DNA of 32,000 nucleotides from Nostoc minutum NIES-26 (GTDB lineage: Bacteria > Cyanobacteriota > Cyanobacteriia > Cyanobacteriales > Nostocaceae), in NCBI GenBank assembly GCA_003326215.1, contig LXQD01000205.1:1-32000 (forward strand), written 5' to 3'. The notes under the pieces are model-generated. The model saw nothing but the letters and a program-made list of their open reading frames with translations. It was not told the DNA's origin and searched no databases. The translations under genes were made by a program, and so were the position numbers. Positions 1 to 9,123 of this stretch are shown in pieces; the first letter of the stretch is position 1, and every line of letters starts with the position of its first letter.

Positions 1-1595
1 GGGACGAGGGCTGCATTGATTGCATTGCTGATTTAAATAGGGTGTACCATGCCTGGGTGGGCAAATAAATCTAGTCTCCTAAACGGGATAGTAGCTTTAA
101 CTACTTCACCAATACCATTGCCAACAACACCCAGAACCACGCTCACATTCGGACGAATACTGCACCAGTGTCATTACGGCTTCTACTGTCATGGTACTTC
201 TTCAGTGTATAAGTTACTTAGTCTTAAAACTCTTGTTAACTGTGTTTCTTTCATTTATTGTGGGCGTGTAATCGCGCCCGTTGGGCGCTCACTAATTGCA
301 CCTGGAAATATGGATGTCAAAACCACAACTACGTGTAAGAGGAATTAGTCGTTCAATCTCAAGTAAAAGAAGAGACACGACTATTTAAGGGAAAATAGAT
401 TCAAGTGCAGTTTGTGCAGCCTCACTCCAATCAGGTGTAATGGTAGTTAAGTGGATAAATAAGTCCAATGAGCAATAAGGTAAGCAGTTAGAGAAAGGAT
501 GAGCCAGTAATACATCCCAAGCAGAGTACCTTGCCCAAAACGATGTAAGCCGAAGCGATGTTTTCCCTGTGTTTATCCCTGAGTGCCTGTGATATTGCTT
601 TGCTCTGATTACTATCGAACAGATGTTGCCCTTCGTAACAAAAGCCATCACGCACACAATTGTGCTATGCAATACGATCGCAGAAAGCGCAATGACGTAA
701 ATCCACCAATGCCGTGCAACGCCCCTCCTCTATAGGCATTGAAAGAATCATCTAAAATTATTCTCTATACATGTCTACATGCGTAAACGGCAACACCTAC
801 GACATGACTCACGGCCTCACGGCGATCGCACGCAGTAATCAGAATTAAGCCAAGAGAATATCTAAAATTAAGTCACACAGACGACCTATTTATATAACAA
901 TGCCTTAGCCAATTTACGAGGGTTCAACACCAGTAGAAACGGGATGAATACGTCCTAAAGAACTAAGTTGGGCAAGAATTTGGGACAATAAAATAGGCTC
1001 AGGCTGTTGGGGAAGCATTTTTAATATTTCACGGACATATCGAAAGCCACGATAATGAGCTTTCAGGTCAGTAATGCCAGAGCCAGGATTGTGTTGACGA
1101 AAACAAGAAAGAAGATGATGGGATAAAGTAGCCAAAAATTATTTGAGTCCAATGTAAAAAATATTTTGCAAGAAAGACAAAAGCTTAAATTAAGCAAAGA
1201 CTATTTAGCAGCATTCATAGAGGTATAAAGCTTATCTAATCAACTTTACTGCGCTAGTTACGATCTAAATTATTTATGTACGAGCGACGTAAATTTAACT
1301 ACAAAACATTAAGTATTATTTAACAAATGAGCAAAGATGAAGTAGTTTCTCCGAATGTAAAACTAGAAACTGTTTGATAATTTATAAAAACTTTAATTTT
1401 TATATTCTTTTCAAGGTACATATGTATCTACGTCTATACTCAAGCACACAATTTACTAAAGAACCTGTTTGAGCCATTATCGCGCAAGAGCATTGGCTGT
1501 CTAAAACCTTTATCAATAAAGCTTTTTAGCTTGCTAAGAAAAATTGTTCTTACTTATAAGAATTATTATAAGTAAACTTAGCATCAATCTAATAG

Positions 1596-1617
1596 CCCAT
1601 AGATTTAAATCTATGGG
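1596..1617. repeat. perfect 22-nt palindrome CCCATAGATTTAAATCTATGGG in a long AT-rich intergenic region
   Basis: Read directly; self-complementary over its full length. A second hairpin with a 10-bp stem (TTACTTATAA / TTATAAGTAA) lies at 1550-1575. Function unknown. Confidence 0.6.
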
Positions 1618-1781
1618 ATGCTCGGCAAGCAATTGGCTAAAATGGAATCCACTCCAGTAGTTTAGAATTTTGCTCCATTGATATATATCAATTATCTCTC
1701 TCTAAGCAGGTGCGCGATCTCTACTCAACAAGTCAGTACAGAGAAAGAGTTGATGAGACTAAAGCCACGTGATACGCGCGC

Positions 1782-3761
1782 ATGGTATATATATCACATG
1801 GGAGAAGTAATGTTTTGATGCCTAAATTAATTACTTCAAATCGTGTCAGCCGACAATTCATTCATTGGTTGCTGGCAGAAGACCGACAAGAGAAGAAAGG
1901 TCCGTACAGGAAGGAACAAACACACCGCAAACACCCTTGGTGGCAGGTGATGTGTTTGACTGGTGTAGATTATTTTTCAACACTTGGCTACCAACCTGGA
2001 ATTGCAGCAATAGCCGCAGGCGCTCTTTCTCCTGTGGCTACTCTAGTTTTAGTTCTGTTAACACTTTTTGGAGCTTTGCCAATTTATCGGCGTGTTGCTG
2101 CTAAAAGTCCTCATGGTGAAGGTTCGATCGCAATGCTCGAACATTTGCTACCCTGGTGGCAAGGTAAGCTATTTGTCCTTTGCTTACTTGGTTTTGTGGC
2201 AACAGACTTCATCATTACCATTACACTATCGGCTGCTGATGCCACGGCTCACATTATCGAAAATCCGCTCGCCCCGAATTTCGTTCACAATCAGGAAGTC
2301 GGAATCACGCTGGTATTAATTGCATTATTAGGTGCGGTTTTCCTGCGAGGTTTTCGAGAAGCGATCGGGATTGCAGTATTTTTAGTGGGAGTTTATTTGC
2401 TGTTAAACTCGATTGTTATTGGCGTTGGTCTGTATCAGATCCTAAATCACCCATCTGCGATCGCTAACTGGCAAACAGCACTTTTTGCACAACATTCTAA
2501 CCCTCTGTTAATGCTCGGCGCAGCTATTTTGGTATTTCCCAAGCTAGCACTGGGATTGTCAGGCTTTGAAACTGGCGTGACTGTCATGCCTCTTGTACAA
2601 GGTAGCAGCAGCGACACCCCCGAAAAGCCCAAAGGACGTATTCGGAATACGCGCAAGCTGCTTACCACTGCTGCGTTGATTATGAGCTTCTTTTTAATTA
2701 CCAGCAGCTTTATCACTACTCTACTGATTCCGGCAGCAGAATTTGCAACTGGGGGCAAAGCAAATGGACGTGCCCTTGCTTATCTAGCACATCTTTATCT
2801 AGGTAATAGCTTTGGCACAATTTATGATTTAAGTACCATTAGCATTCTGTGGTTTGCAGGTGCATCGGCAATGGCAGGGCTGCTGAATATTGTGCCTCGC
2901 TATCTGCCACGCTATGGGATGGCACCTAACTGGACAAGAGCAACGCGACCTTTAGTATTGGTGTATGTAGCTATTGCCCTTATTGTCACAATTATCTTTC
3001 GGGCTGATGTCGAAGCCCAAGGTGGGGCTTACGCAACAGGTGTGCTGGTGTTGATGAGTTCCGCTGCGTTGGCTGTAACTTTGTCAGTCCACCGTCAGAG
3101 GTCAAGGCGAGCAACACTTGTGTTTGCACTTATCACACTGGTATTTATATTCACTACTGTTGTAAATATCATTGAAAGACCAGAGGGCATCAGGATTGCT
3201 TCGTTCTTTATTGGTGCTATTGTTCTCACCTCATTAATTTCCCGTGTTTGGCGTTCCACCGAACTGCGAGTAGAAAGGATTGAAATTGACGAAAAAGCTC
3301 GCCAATTCATTGCTGAGGAAAGCCAAGGTGCAATCCGCATAATTGCTAATCGATTCAATAAGGGCGACGAGCTAGAGTATTTTTTAAAAGAGAAAGAGGT
3401 GCGCGAAGACAATCACGTTCCGTCCACCGACCCAGTTCTTTTTCTCGAAATTATGGTGTCAGATGCTTCCGACTTTGCTGATGTCATCAAAGTAAAGGGA
3501 GTGCAGGTTGGTGATTACCGTATCCTGCGTGCTGAGAGTGCAGCGGTTCCCAATGCGATTGCGGCTTTACTTCTTCATATTCGCGACCAAACCGGAAAGA
3601 TTCCACATGCTTACTTCGGCTGGGCAGAAGGAAACCCGATACAATACTTGCTACGTTTTATTTTGTTTGGTGAGGGTGATATTGCTGTGGTCACTCGTGA
3701 AGTCCTTCGGAAAGCTGAGAAAGATACCGAACGTCGTCCTGGTATTCATGTAGGCGGGTGA
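1782..3761 (+). CDS. polytopic membrane protein, APC-superfamily-like permease with a soluble C-terminal domain of about 170 aa
   Basis: 659-aa ORF. It has many hydrophobic helices (e.g. [43 protein letters not shown]) and the motif [15 protein letters not shown], which I associate with amino-acid-permease-like transporters. The C-terminus is charged. The true start may be the internal ATG near 1818 (MPKLITSN). Confidence 0.6.
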   Translation: MVYISHGRSNVLMPKLITSNRVSRQFIHWLLAEDRQEKKGPYRKEQTHRKHPWWQVMCLTGVDYFSTLGYQPGIAAIAAGALSPVATLVLVLLTLFGALPIYRRVAAKSPHGEGSIAMLEHLLPWWQGKLFVLCLLGFVATDFIITITLSAADATAHIIENPLAPNFVHNQEVGITLVLIALLGAVFLRGFREAIGIAVFLVGVYLLLNSIVIGVGLYQILNHPSAIANWQTALFAQHSNPLLMLGAAILVFPKLALGLSGFETGVTVMPLVQGSSSDTPEKPKGRIRNTRKLLTTAALIMSFFLITSSFITTLLIPAAEFATGGKANGRALAYLAHLYLGNSFGTIYDLSTISILWFAGASAMAGLLNIVPRYLPRYGMAPNWTRATRPLVLVYVAIALIVTIIFRADVEAQGGAYATGVLVLMSSAALAVTLSVHRQRSRRATLVFALITLVFIFTTVVNIIERPEGIRIASFFIGAIVLTSLISRVWRSTELRVERIEIDEKARQFIAEESQGAIRIIANRFNKGDELEYFLKEKEVREDNHVPSTDPVLFLEIMVSDASDFADVIKVKGVQVGDYRILRAESAAVPNAIAALLLHIRDQTGKIPHAYFGWAEGNPIQYLLRFILFGEGDIAVVTREVLRKAEKDTERRPGIHVGG

Positions 3762-3780
3762 AAGGGAGAGCAGGAGAGGC

Positions 3781-3815
3781 AGGGGGAGCAGGGGGAGCAG
3801 GGGAAGCAGGGGAGG
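3781..3815. repeat. short tandem repeat, about four copies of a 9-nt unit AGGGGGAGC / AGGGGAAGC
   Basis: Period 9 read directly (A followed by a G-run at 3781, 3790, 3799, 3808). The same repeat family recurs inside lysC (10384-10468) and flanks an insert in the response regulator (16280-16300, 16371-16392). Confidence 0.85.
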
Positions 3816-4021
3816 AAGAATCTCACAATCGTCTTCGCTCTTACAATTGAATAATTTAATTTCTGGAAGTCCCTAACTTCTGTCTCTTGTCTTATTAATG
3901 GTGGTTAATGGTGGAAAAGGAGGGTTTTTTAGAATTTTTTCAATTGTTTGCTCTCCATTAGCTATTTAGAGGCTGTTAGACTGGAAATTATAAGTATAAT
4001 TTCGTATATTTTTGCGAATTT

Positions 4022-4399
4022 ATGGAGCCAGCATCACTAACAGCAGCGGCTATTGCTACTTTGGTCATCACTAAGGCTTTTGAAAAGACTGGCGAAATCG
4101 TCGGTGAAAAGGTTTGGGAGGAAGGCGAACAGTTGTTATCACTACTGAAGCGCAAAGAACCTAGTACGGCGAGTGCGATTGAACTGACTCAAGCACTACC
4201 TTTAGATTATAGTCGGGCTTATCTGATTGGGCAGCAAGTAGAAGAAGCGGCGCAGAAAGACCCTGAGATTGCTGAAGCAGTGGAAGCTGTAGCCAAGGAG
4301 GCACAACCGAAACTGACGAATACTATTATTGAAAATTGGCAGGGAATAAATATTAAAGGTGGGACTAATACCATTTCTGGCAATACCTTTAATTTCTGA
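4022..4399 (+). CDS. helical N-terminal (effector-like) module, separated from the downstream NB-ARC/TPR ORF by one in-frame TGA
   Basis: 125-aa ORF. It has a hydrophobic first helix (SLTAAAIATLVITKAF), charged helices, and a G/N/T-rich tail NIKGGTNTISGNTFNF. It is in the same reading frame as 4460..6805, and TGA 4397-4399 is the only stop between them. Confidence 0.6.
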   Translation: MEPASLTAAAIATLVITKAFEKTGEIVGEKVWEEGEQLLSLLKRKEPSTASAIELTQALPLDYSRAYLIGQQVEEAAQKDPEIAEAVEAVAKEAQPKLTNTIIENWQGINIKGGTNTISGNTFNF

Positions 4400-4459
4400 C
4401 TACAGTCGCCCGCAGGGGAACGGGTAAAGTTAAATCCCCCTACTGAAATACCGCAAAAT

Positions 4460-6805
4460 TTGCCCCTGAGTGGGGTGGTGGAATTTGTCGGACGTGAAGA
4501 GGAATTGCAAAACCTCCACCAACTTTTGCAGGATAATAAACAAGTAGCAATAGCAGCGATCGCTGGCATGGGTGGAGTCGGGAAAACAGAACTCGCCCTG
4601 CAATATGCCATCAACAAGCGCGAAACATATAACGGTGGGCTTTGCTGGTTGCTACCAAAAACCGGGGATGTGGGCATTCAAGTTGTGCAGTTTGCCAGAA
4701 CGCAGCTTGATTTAAATCCACCAGAAGATTTTGATTTATTGGCGCAAGTGCAATATTGCTGGCGGCGTTGGCGTGAAGGTGATGTGCTGCTAGTGTTGGA
4801 TGATGTTGGCGACTACCAAGAAGTTAAGCCTTACTTCCAGTCCCTACCTTCTCGGTTTAAAGTGTTGATGACTACGCGCCAGAACTGGGGACGCATTGCA
4901 AAGTTATCTTTGGATGTGCTGCTACCAGAGGCGGCGCTGGAGTTGTTGAGGTCTTTACTCAAAGAAACACCAGAGCGAATTGAGCGAGAATTAGCTGTAG
5001 CAAATCAGTTGTGTGAGTGGCTGGGATATTTACCTTTGGGTGTGGAATTAGTGGGGCGCTATCTGGCGCGAAAACAGGATTTATCTCTAACAGAAATGTT
5101 GCGGCGGTTGGAGAACAAGCGACTAGATGAGCGTTCCCTCTTTAAATCTAAGTCGGAAGCCGACATGACAGCACAACGAGGGGTGTTAGCAGCCTTTGAG
5201 TTGAGTTGGCAAGAATTAGAAGACGACGATAAACAATTGGGCTGTTTATTGAGTTTATTTGCCGCCGCACCCATACCTTGGAAGTTGGTAGAACAGTGTT
5301 TACCAGAAGAAGATGCGGAAGATTTAGAAGAAATTAGAGATGATAAGTTGCTGAATTTGCATTTACTTCAGCGCAAAGGTGAGGGAATTTACCAACTGCA
5401 TTCACTGCTAAGGGAGTTTTTCCAATATAAGTGTACAGGTTTAGAACAGGCAGAGGAATTAAAGCGATCGCTTTGCAACGAAATCGTAGTAGTTGCCAAG
5501 GAGATTTCGCCAATGCCCACCCTTGAGCAAATTACTGCCGTCTCCCCCGCTGTACCTCATATAGCTGAAGTTGCGAAGAATCTCATTGAATACATTAGCG
5601 ACGATGATTTACTTTGGCCTTTCGTCGGTAACAGTCGATTTTATTATGGTCAGGGGTTATATGACCAGGCTTTACCTTGGTTTGAGCAGTGTTTAGAAGT
5701 CATTAAAAAGCGTTTGGGAGAGGAGCATCCAGATGTTGCCACTAGCCTCAACAACCTAGCGGAACTCTACCATTCCCAAAGCAGATACAGCAAAGCCGAA
5801 TCCCTATTACAGCAAGCTTTAGCACTCAGGCGTAGGCTACAGGGACAGGAGCATCCAGATGTTGCTACTAGCCTCAACAACCTAGCGTTACTCTACCATT
5901 CCCAAGGCAGATACAGCGAAGCTGAACCCTTATTACAGCAAGCTTTAGTACTCAGACGCAGGCTGCTGGGAGAGGAGCATCCAGATGTTGCACAGAGCTT
6001 CAACAACCTAGCGTTACTCTACCATTCCCAAGGCAGATACAGCAAAGCCGAACCCCTGTATCAGCAAGCTTTAGCACTCAAGGGCAGGCTGCTGGGAGAG
6101 GAGCATCCAGATGTTGTACTTAGCCTTAGCAACCTAGCGTTACTTTACTACTCCCAAGGCAAATACGGCGAAGCTGAACCCCTATTACAGCAGACTTTAG
6201 CACTTAGGCGTAGGCTGCTGGGAGAAGAGCATCCAGATGTTGCACAGAGCCTCAACAACGTAGCAGGACTCTACGACTCCCAAAACAGATACAACGAAGC
6301 CGAACCACTGTATCAGCAGGCTTTAGCACTTGGGCGTAGGCTGCTAGGAGAGGAGCATCCAGATGTTGCGACTAGCCTCAACAATCTAGCGTCACTCTAC
6401 TACTCCCAAAGCAGATACAGCGAAGCCGAACCCCTCTACCAGCAAGCTTTAACACTCAGGCGCAGGCTGCTGGGAGAGGAGCATCCAGATGTTGCACTTA
6501 GCCTTAACAACCTAGCGTTACTTTACTACTCCCAAGGCAGATACAGCAAAGCCGAACCCCTCTACCAGCAAGCTTTAACACTCAGGCGCAGGCTGCTGGG
6601 AGAGGAGCATCCAGATGTTGCACTTAGCCTTAACAACCTAGCGTTACTTTACTACTCCCAAGGCAGATACAGCAAAGCCGAACCGTTGTACATGCAAGCA
6701 TTAGATATTTTTGAGCGATGGTTAGGCACAAATCATCCTAATACTGTGACTGTGCGTGAAAATTTAGCATATTTGCGCGATCGCCTCACCTCAAATCCAG
6801 AATAA
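4460..6805 (+). CDS. STAND NTPase: NB-ARC-type P-loop domain plus about 8.5 TPR (kinesin-light-chain-like) repeats
   Basis: Walker A GMGGVGKT (4565-4588), Walker B LLVLDDV, and eight 42-aa repeats of the form LGEEHPDVAxSLNNLALLYxSQGRYSxAEPLYQQALxLRRRL. The ORF-track start is a TTG. The frame is open upstream back to the TGA at 4397-4399. Confidence 0.9.
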   Translation: MPLSGVVEFVGREEELQNLHQLLQDNKQVAIAAIAGMGGVGKTELALQYAINKRETYNGGLCWLLPKTGDVGIQVVQFARTQLDLNPPEDFDLLAQVQYCWRRWREGDVLLVLDDVGDYQEVKPYFQSLPSRFKVLMTTRQNWGRIAKLSLDVLLPEAALELLRSLLKETPERIERELAVANQLCEWLGYLPLGVELVGRYLARKQDLSLTEMLRRLENKRLDERSLFKSKSEADMTAQRGVLAAFELSWQELEDDDKQLGCLLSLFAAAPIPWKLVEQCLPEEDAEDLEEIRDDKLLNLHLLQRKGEGIYQLHSLLREFFQYKCTGLEQAEELKRSLCNEIVVVAKEISPMPTLEQITAVSPAVPHIAEVAKNLIEYISDDDLLWPFVGNSRFYYGQGLYDQALPWFEQCLEVIKKRLGEEHPDVATSLNNLAELYHSQSRYSKAESLLQQALALRRRLQGQEHPDVATSLNNLALLYHSQGRYSEAEPLLQQALVLRRRLLGEEHPDVAQSFNNLALLYHSQGRYSKAEPLYQQALALKGRLLGEEHPDVVLSLSNLALLYYSQGKYGEAEPLLQQTLALRRRLLGEEHPDVAQSLNNVAGLYDSQNRYNEAEPLYQQALALGRRLLGEEHPDVATSLNNLASLYYSQSRYSEAEPLYQQALTLRRRLLGEEHPDVALSLNNLALLYYSQGRYSKAEPLYQQALTLRRRLLGEEHPDVALSLNNLALLYYSQGRYSKAEPLYMQALDIFERWLGTNHPNTVTVRENLAYLRDRLTSNPE
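5711..6721 (+). repeat. eight tandem 126-nt coding repeats (TPR units), including a perfect duplication
   Basis: 6425-6558 is identical to 6551-6684 (period 126 nt), checked base by base. The other units are highly similar. Confidence 0.95.
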
Positions 6806-6856
6806 GCAAGTTTTGTGCAAACTGTACCATGTTAAAAGTTAGATTTGCGATCGCCT

Positions 6857-7025
6857 AAACTCGGTCTTTCGTGTTCTGAACTCGGCTTTTCATGTTCCGA
6901 ACGAGAATGTTTCTGTTCCAAGTGAGAACGTTCTCGTTTAGAACGAGAATGTTCCTGTTTGAAGTGAGAAAGTTTCTGTTCCAAGTGAGAATGTTTTAGT
7001 TTCAAGCTCGACGTTCCGAGTTCTG
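6857..7025. repeat. noncoding tandem array, eight units of about 21 nt (consensus roughly AAsyGAGAAyGTTyCyGTTyyr)
   Basis: Units read at 6857, 6879, 6900, 6921, 6942, 6962, 6984 and 7005. The array contains GTTCYGAAC palindromes (6873-6881, 6894-6902) and the 12-nt palindrome GAGAACGTTCTC (6924-6935). No frame is open across it. Confidence 0.85.
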
Positions 7026-7026
7026 A

Positions 7027-7059
7027 GGTGGAATGATGGTGTTGTAAACGCGATCGCTC
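7027..7059. repeat. 33-nt conserved element, copy 1 (GGTGGAATGATGGTGTTGTAAACGCGATCGCTC)
   Basis: Aligns with copies at 7489-7521 (4 mismatches) and 8203-8235 (about 6 mismatches), all in the same orientation. It abuts the 21-nt array. Confidence 0.8.
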
Positions 7060-7148
7060 GTCTAAAACTCATTAGACTACATTAACAGCGATCGCTTCTC
7101 GGCACATTTTAAAGGCTATTCCATTCTTTTTTCACAAAATCCCGACGC

Positions 7149-7421
7149 TTACACAGTATCCATCGACTCAAGTGTTGGCTCTTTGTTCAGGTCAATGCTA
7201 TCAATTACTGGTAGAGAATGTCCCAGCTTTAACGCAAGCAAAATCCAGTCTTCCAGGGTTGAGCGTAATTCATCCTCACACTCGCGCAAAGTTGATGCAA
7301 AGGCTATTACTCCTTTGCAAACAGGAATTCTACCTGTAAATGTACCATCTTCTAACTTGTCATAAATTGCCTTGGCGATCGCTCGGTCAACATAATCGCT
7401 CAAAATAAATCTTATCGCCAT
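7149..7421 (-). CDS. HicB-like (UPF0150-type) antitoxin-family protein; no HicA partner visible
   Basis: 90-aa ORF. The pattern ...GTFTGRIPVCKGVIAFASTLRECEDELRSTLEDWILLALKLGHSLP is typical of the HicB N-terminal fold (recognised by eye). Confidence 0.55.
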   Translation of the reverse strand: MAIRFILSDYVDRAIAKAIYDKLEDGTFTGRIPVCKGVIAFASTLRECEDELRSTLEDWILLALKLGHSLPVIDSIDLNKEPTLESMDTV

Positions 7422-7488
7422 GAAATCTCGCGTTGTGCTACCAGTTTTATTTTATGTTAAAAAATTGATTTCTCTGGCAGTTTACCTC

Positions 7489-7521
7489 GGTTGAATGATG
7501 GTGTTATGAAGGCGATCGCTC
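7489..7521. repeat. 33-nt conserved element, copy 2
   Basis: GGTTGAATGATGGTGTTATGAAGGCGATCGCTC. It lies 67 nt upstream (in minus-strand sense) of the HicB-like ATG at 7421. Confidence 0.8.
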
Positions 7522-7544
7522 ATGTTATACCAGTCTTATTTTAC

Positions 7545-7907
7545 TTATATTGGTAATCGCCTCAGCCGGAAAGTTTCATTATTTACAGAAATAATTACCC
7601 CTACCTCTAAATCTTCTTGACATTCACGCAAAACTTGCATCAACCGTTCATTAATTGCATCGTAATTTTCATTCCCTAACCTAAATAAAATCACACTGGG
7701 TAAACTATCCCCACTAACTGCTAAAAGTTGGGCAAAATCTAAATCTATACTTAATAAAATTCTCCCTTCTGTACGGGCTTTAATTAAAATCTCATCATCT
7801 GGTAGTTTTTGCAAACCTTCATCGCGCAAATGCACTACATCATAACCACCACTACGCAACCAAAATACAGTGCGTAATGAAATTCCCATATCTGCCAAAA
7901 ACTTCAT
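7545..7907 (-). CDS. DUF5615-type PIN-like / Mut7-C-like putative toxin
   Basis: 120-aa ORF beginning MKFLADMGIS...VVHLRDEGL..LPDDEIL. It sits 9 nt downstream of a DUF433-like gene, which is the usual pairing for this family. Confidence 0.6.
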   Translation of the reverse strand: MKFLADMGISLRTVFWLRSGGYDVVHLRDEGLQKLPDDEILIKARTEGRILLSIDLDFAQLLAVSGDSLPSVILFRLGNENYDAINERLMQVLRECQEDLEVGVIISVNNETFRLRRLPI

Positions 7908-7916
7908 TATTATTTT

Positions 7917-8147
7917 TTAAGCACTTTTGAAGGGATAAACCCGCTCTTGAGTCAACCACGCCGCGTAAAGTAGAGATTGACGAATATCTTCTGGTTCTAG
8001 ATCGGGATATTCTTCTAAAATCTCCGCTACAGGTTTGCTATTAGCTACCAAATTTACGACTAAAGAAACCGGAATTCGCATCCCGCGAATACAAGCTTGT
8101 CCACCCATAATGCTAGGGTTAAATGTAACTCTGTCCAGACCTAACAT
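7917..8147 (-). CDS. DUF433-domain protein (putative antitoxin partner)
   Basis: 76-aa ORF carrying the IMGGQACIRGMRIPV motif characteristic of DUF433. Confidence 0.7.
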   Translation of the reverse strand: MLGLDRVTFNPSIMGGQACIRGMRIPVSLVVNLVANSKPVAEILEEYPDLEPEDIRQSLLYAAWLTQERVYPFKSA

Positions 8148-8202
8148 AAAATTGTCTCTCTAAAATCTCGTTTATCTTTGCTGTTGGGCTTCATCTCTCT
8201 GG

Positions 8203-8235
8203 GGTGGAATCATAGTGTCATAAAGGCAATCGCTC
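8203..8235. repeat. 33-nt conserved element, copy 3
   Basis: GGTGGAATCATAGTGTCATAAAGGCAATCGCTC. It lies 55 nt upstream (in minus-strand sense) of the DUF433 ATG at 8147. Confidence 0.75.
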
Positions 8236-8429
8236 CACTTAAAATGTAGATTCACGAGCGATCGCACATCAAATTTCAAGATTCCAAGAGGAACTTACTA
8301 CAAAAGTGGCAAGTTGCATCAAAATGAGGCTATGCGATCGCACTCAAAAACTAACTTCAATCAACAGCAAACGCTACCCTAGAACTCAGTAAACGCGATC
8401 GCGATCGCTCAAGCTTTGAAGTTTCAACT

Positions 8430-8999
8430 ATGATAGCCTCCTCCCAACAGAATTACCTTACCCCTGAAGAGTACCTCCAACTAGAGGAACAAAACTCTGT
8501 TAAACATGAATACATCGACGGCTACATCTACGCAATGGCTGGGGCGCTTGACCCACATGTTACCATTGCTCTTAACCTTGCTTCTCTCCTCCGCAATCAT
8601 GTACGCGGTACTGGGTGTCGCGTTTACATCGCCGACATGAAAGCACGAATTGAATCTCTAAATCGCTTTTACTATCCCGATGTTATGGTTACTTGCGATC
8701 CACGCGATCGAGAAACACCAGCCTATAAAAGATTTCCTTGTTTAATTGTCGAAGTTTTATCCGATTCTACCGAAGCCTTTGACCGGGGCGATAAATTCGC
8801 CGACTACCAAGCGCTGGAAAGCCTCCAAGAATATACTTTAATTAATACAAAACGTCAGCGAGTCGAGTGTTTTCGTCGCAATGATGAGGGGCTGTGGGTT
8901 TTACAATCTTACACATCAGAAAATCAAACATTTCGGCTTAACAGTGTGGATTTCCAGGAAACAATAGTATCACTTTACGAAGATGTAGTTTTTGAATGA
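8430..8999 (+). CDS. Uma2-family (DUF820) putative endonuclease
   Basis: 189 aa, with EYIDGYIYAMAG, YYPDVMV, LIVEVLSDST and GDKFADYQALESLQEYTLI, matching the PD-(D/E)xK-like Uma2 pattern common in cyanobacteria. Confidence 0.8.
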   Translation: MIASSQQNYLTPEEYLQLEEQNSVKHEYIDGYIYAMAGALDPHVTIALNLASLLRNHVRGTGCRVYIADMKARIESLNRFYYPDVMVTCDPRDRETPAYKRFPCLIVEVLSDSTEAFDRGDKFADYQALESLQEYTLINTKRQRVECFRRNDEGLWVLQSYTSENQTFRLNSVDFQETIVSLYEDVVFE

Positions 9000-9123
9000 T
9001 CGACTTATCATGAAGTATGCTACACGATGTTTAGTAAACTAAATATCTATATAATGCCTTCAAAGCTTCCTAACCCGGCGGGAGCGTTGATGAAAGTAGG
9101 CTACTTCATTCAATAAAAAAGTT

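Noticed and set aside
49-1135. ORFs 49..348 (+), 385..672 (-) and 914..1135 (-, TTG start)
   Set aside because: I found no recognisable motifs, no convincing ribosome-binding sites, and odd composition. They may be gene remnants, but I cannot support a call from sequence alone.
4397-4399. Selenocysteine recoding of the in-frame TGA in the NB-ARC/TPR locus
   Set aside because: I see no convincing SECIS-like hairpin immediately downstream, and nothing in the protein context suggests a redox-active site. A nonsense mutation, a split gene or simple readthrough are more parsimonious.
4219-4677. 152-aa minus-strand ORF spanning the junction of the two NLR ORFs
   Set aside because: It is antisense to clearly recognisable coding sequence (the Walker A region) and has no motifs of its own.
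5711-7025. A CRISPR array as the explanation for the 126-nt and 21-nt direct repeats
   Set aside because: The 126-nt units are contiguous, in frame, and encode TPR repeats. The 21-nt units are also contiguous. Neither set has unique spacers, and no cas genes are present.
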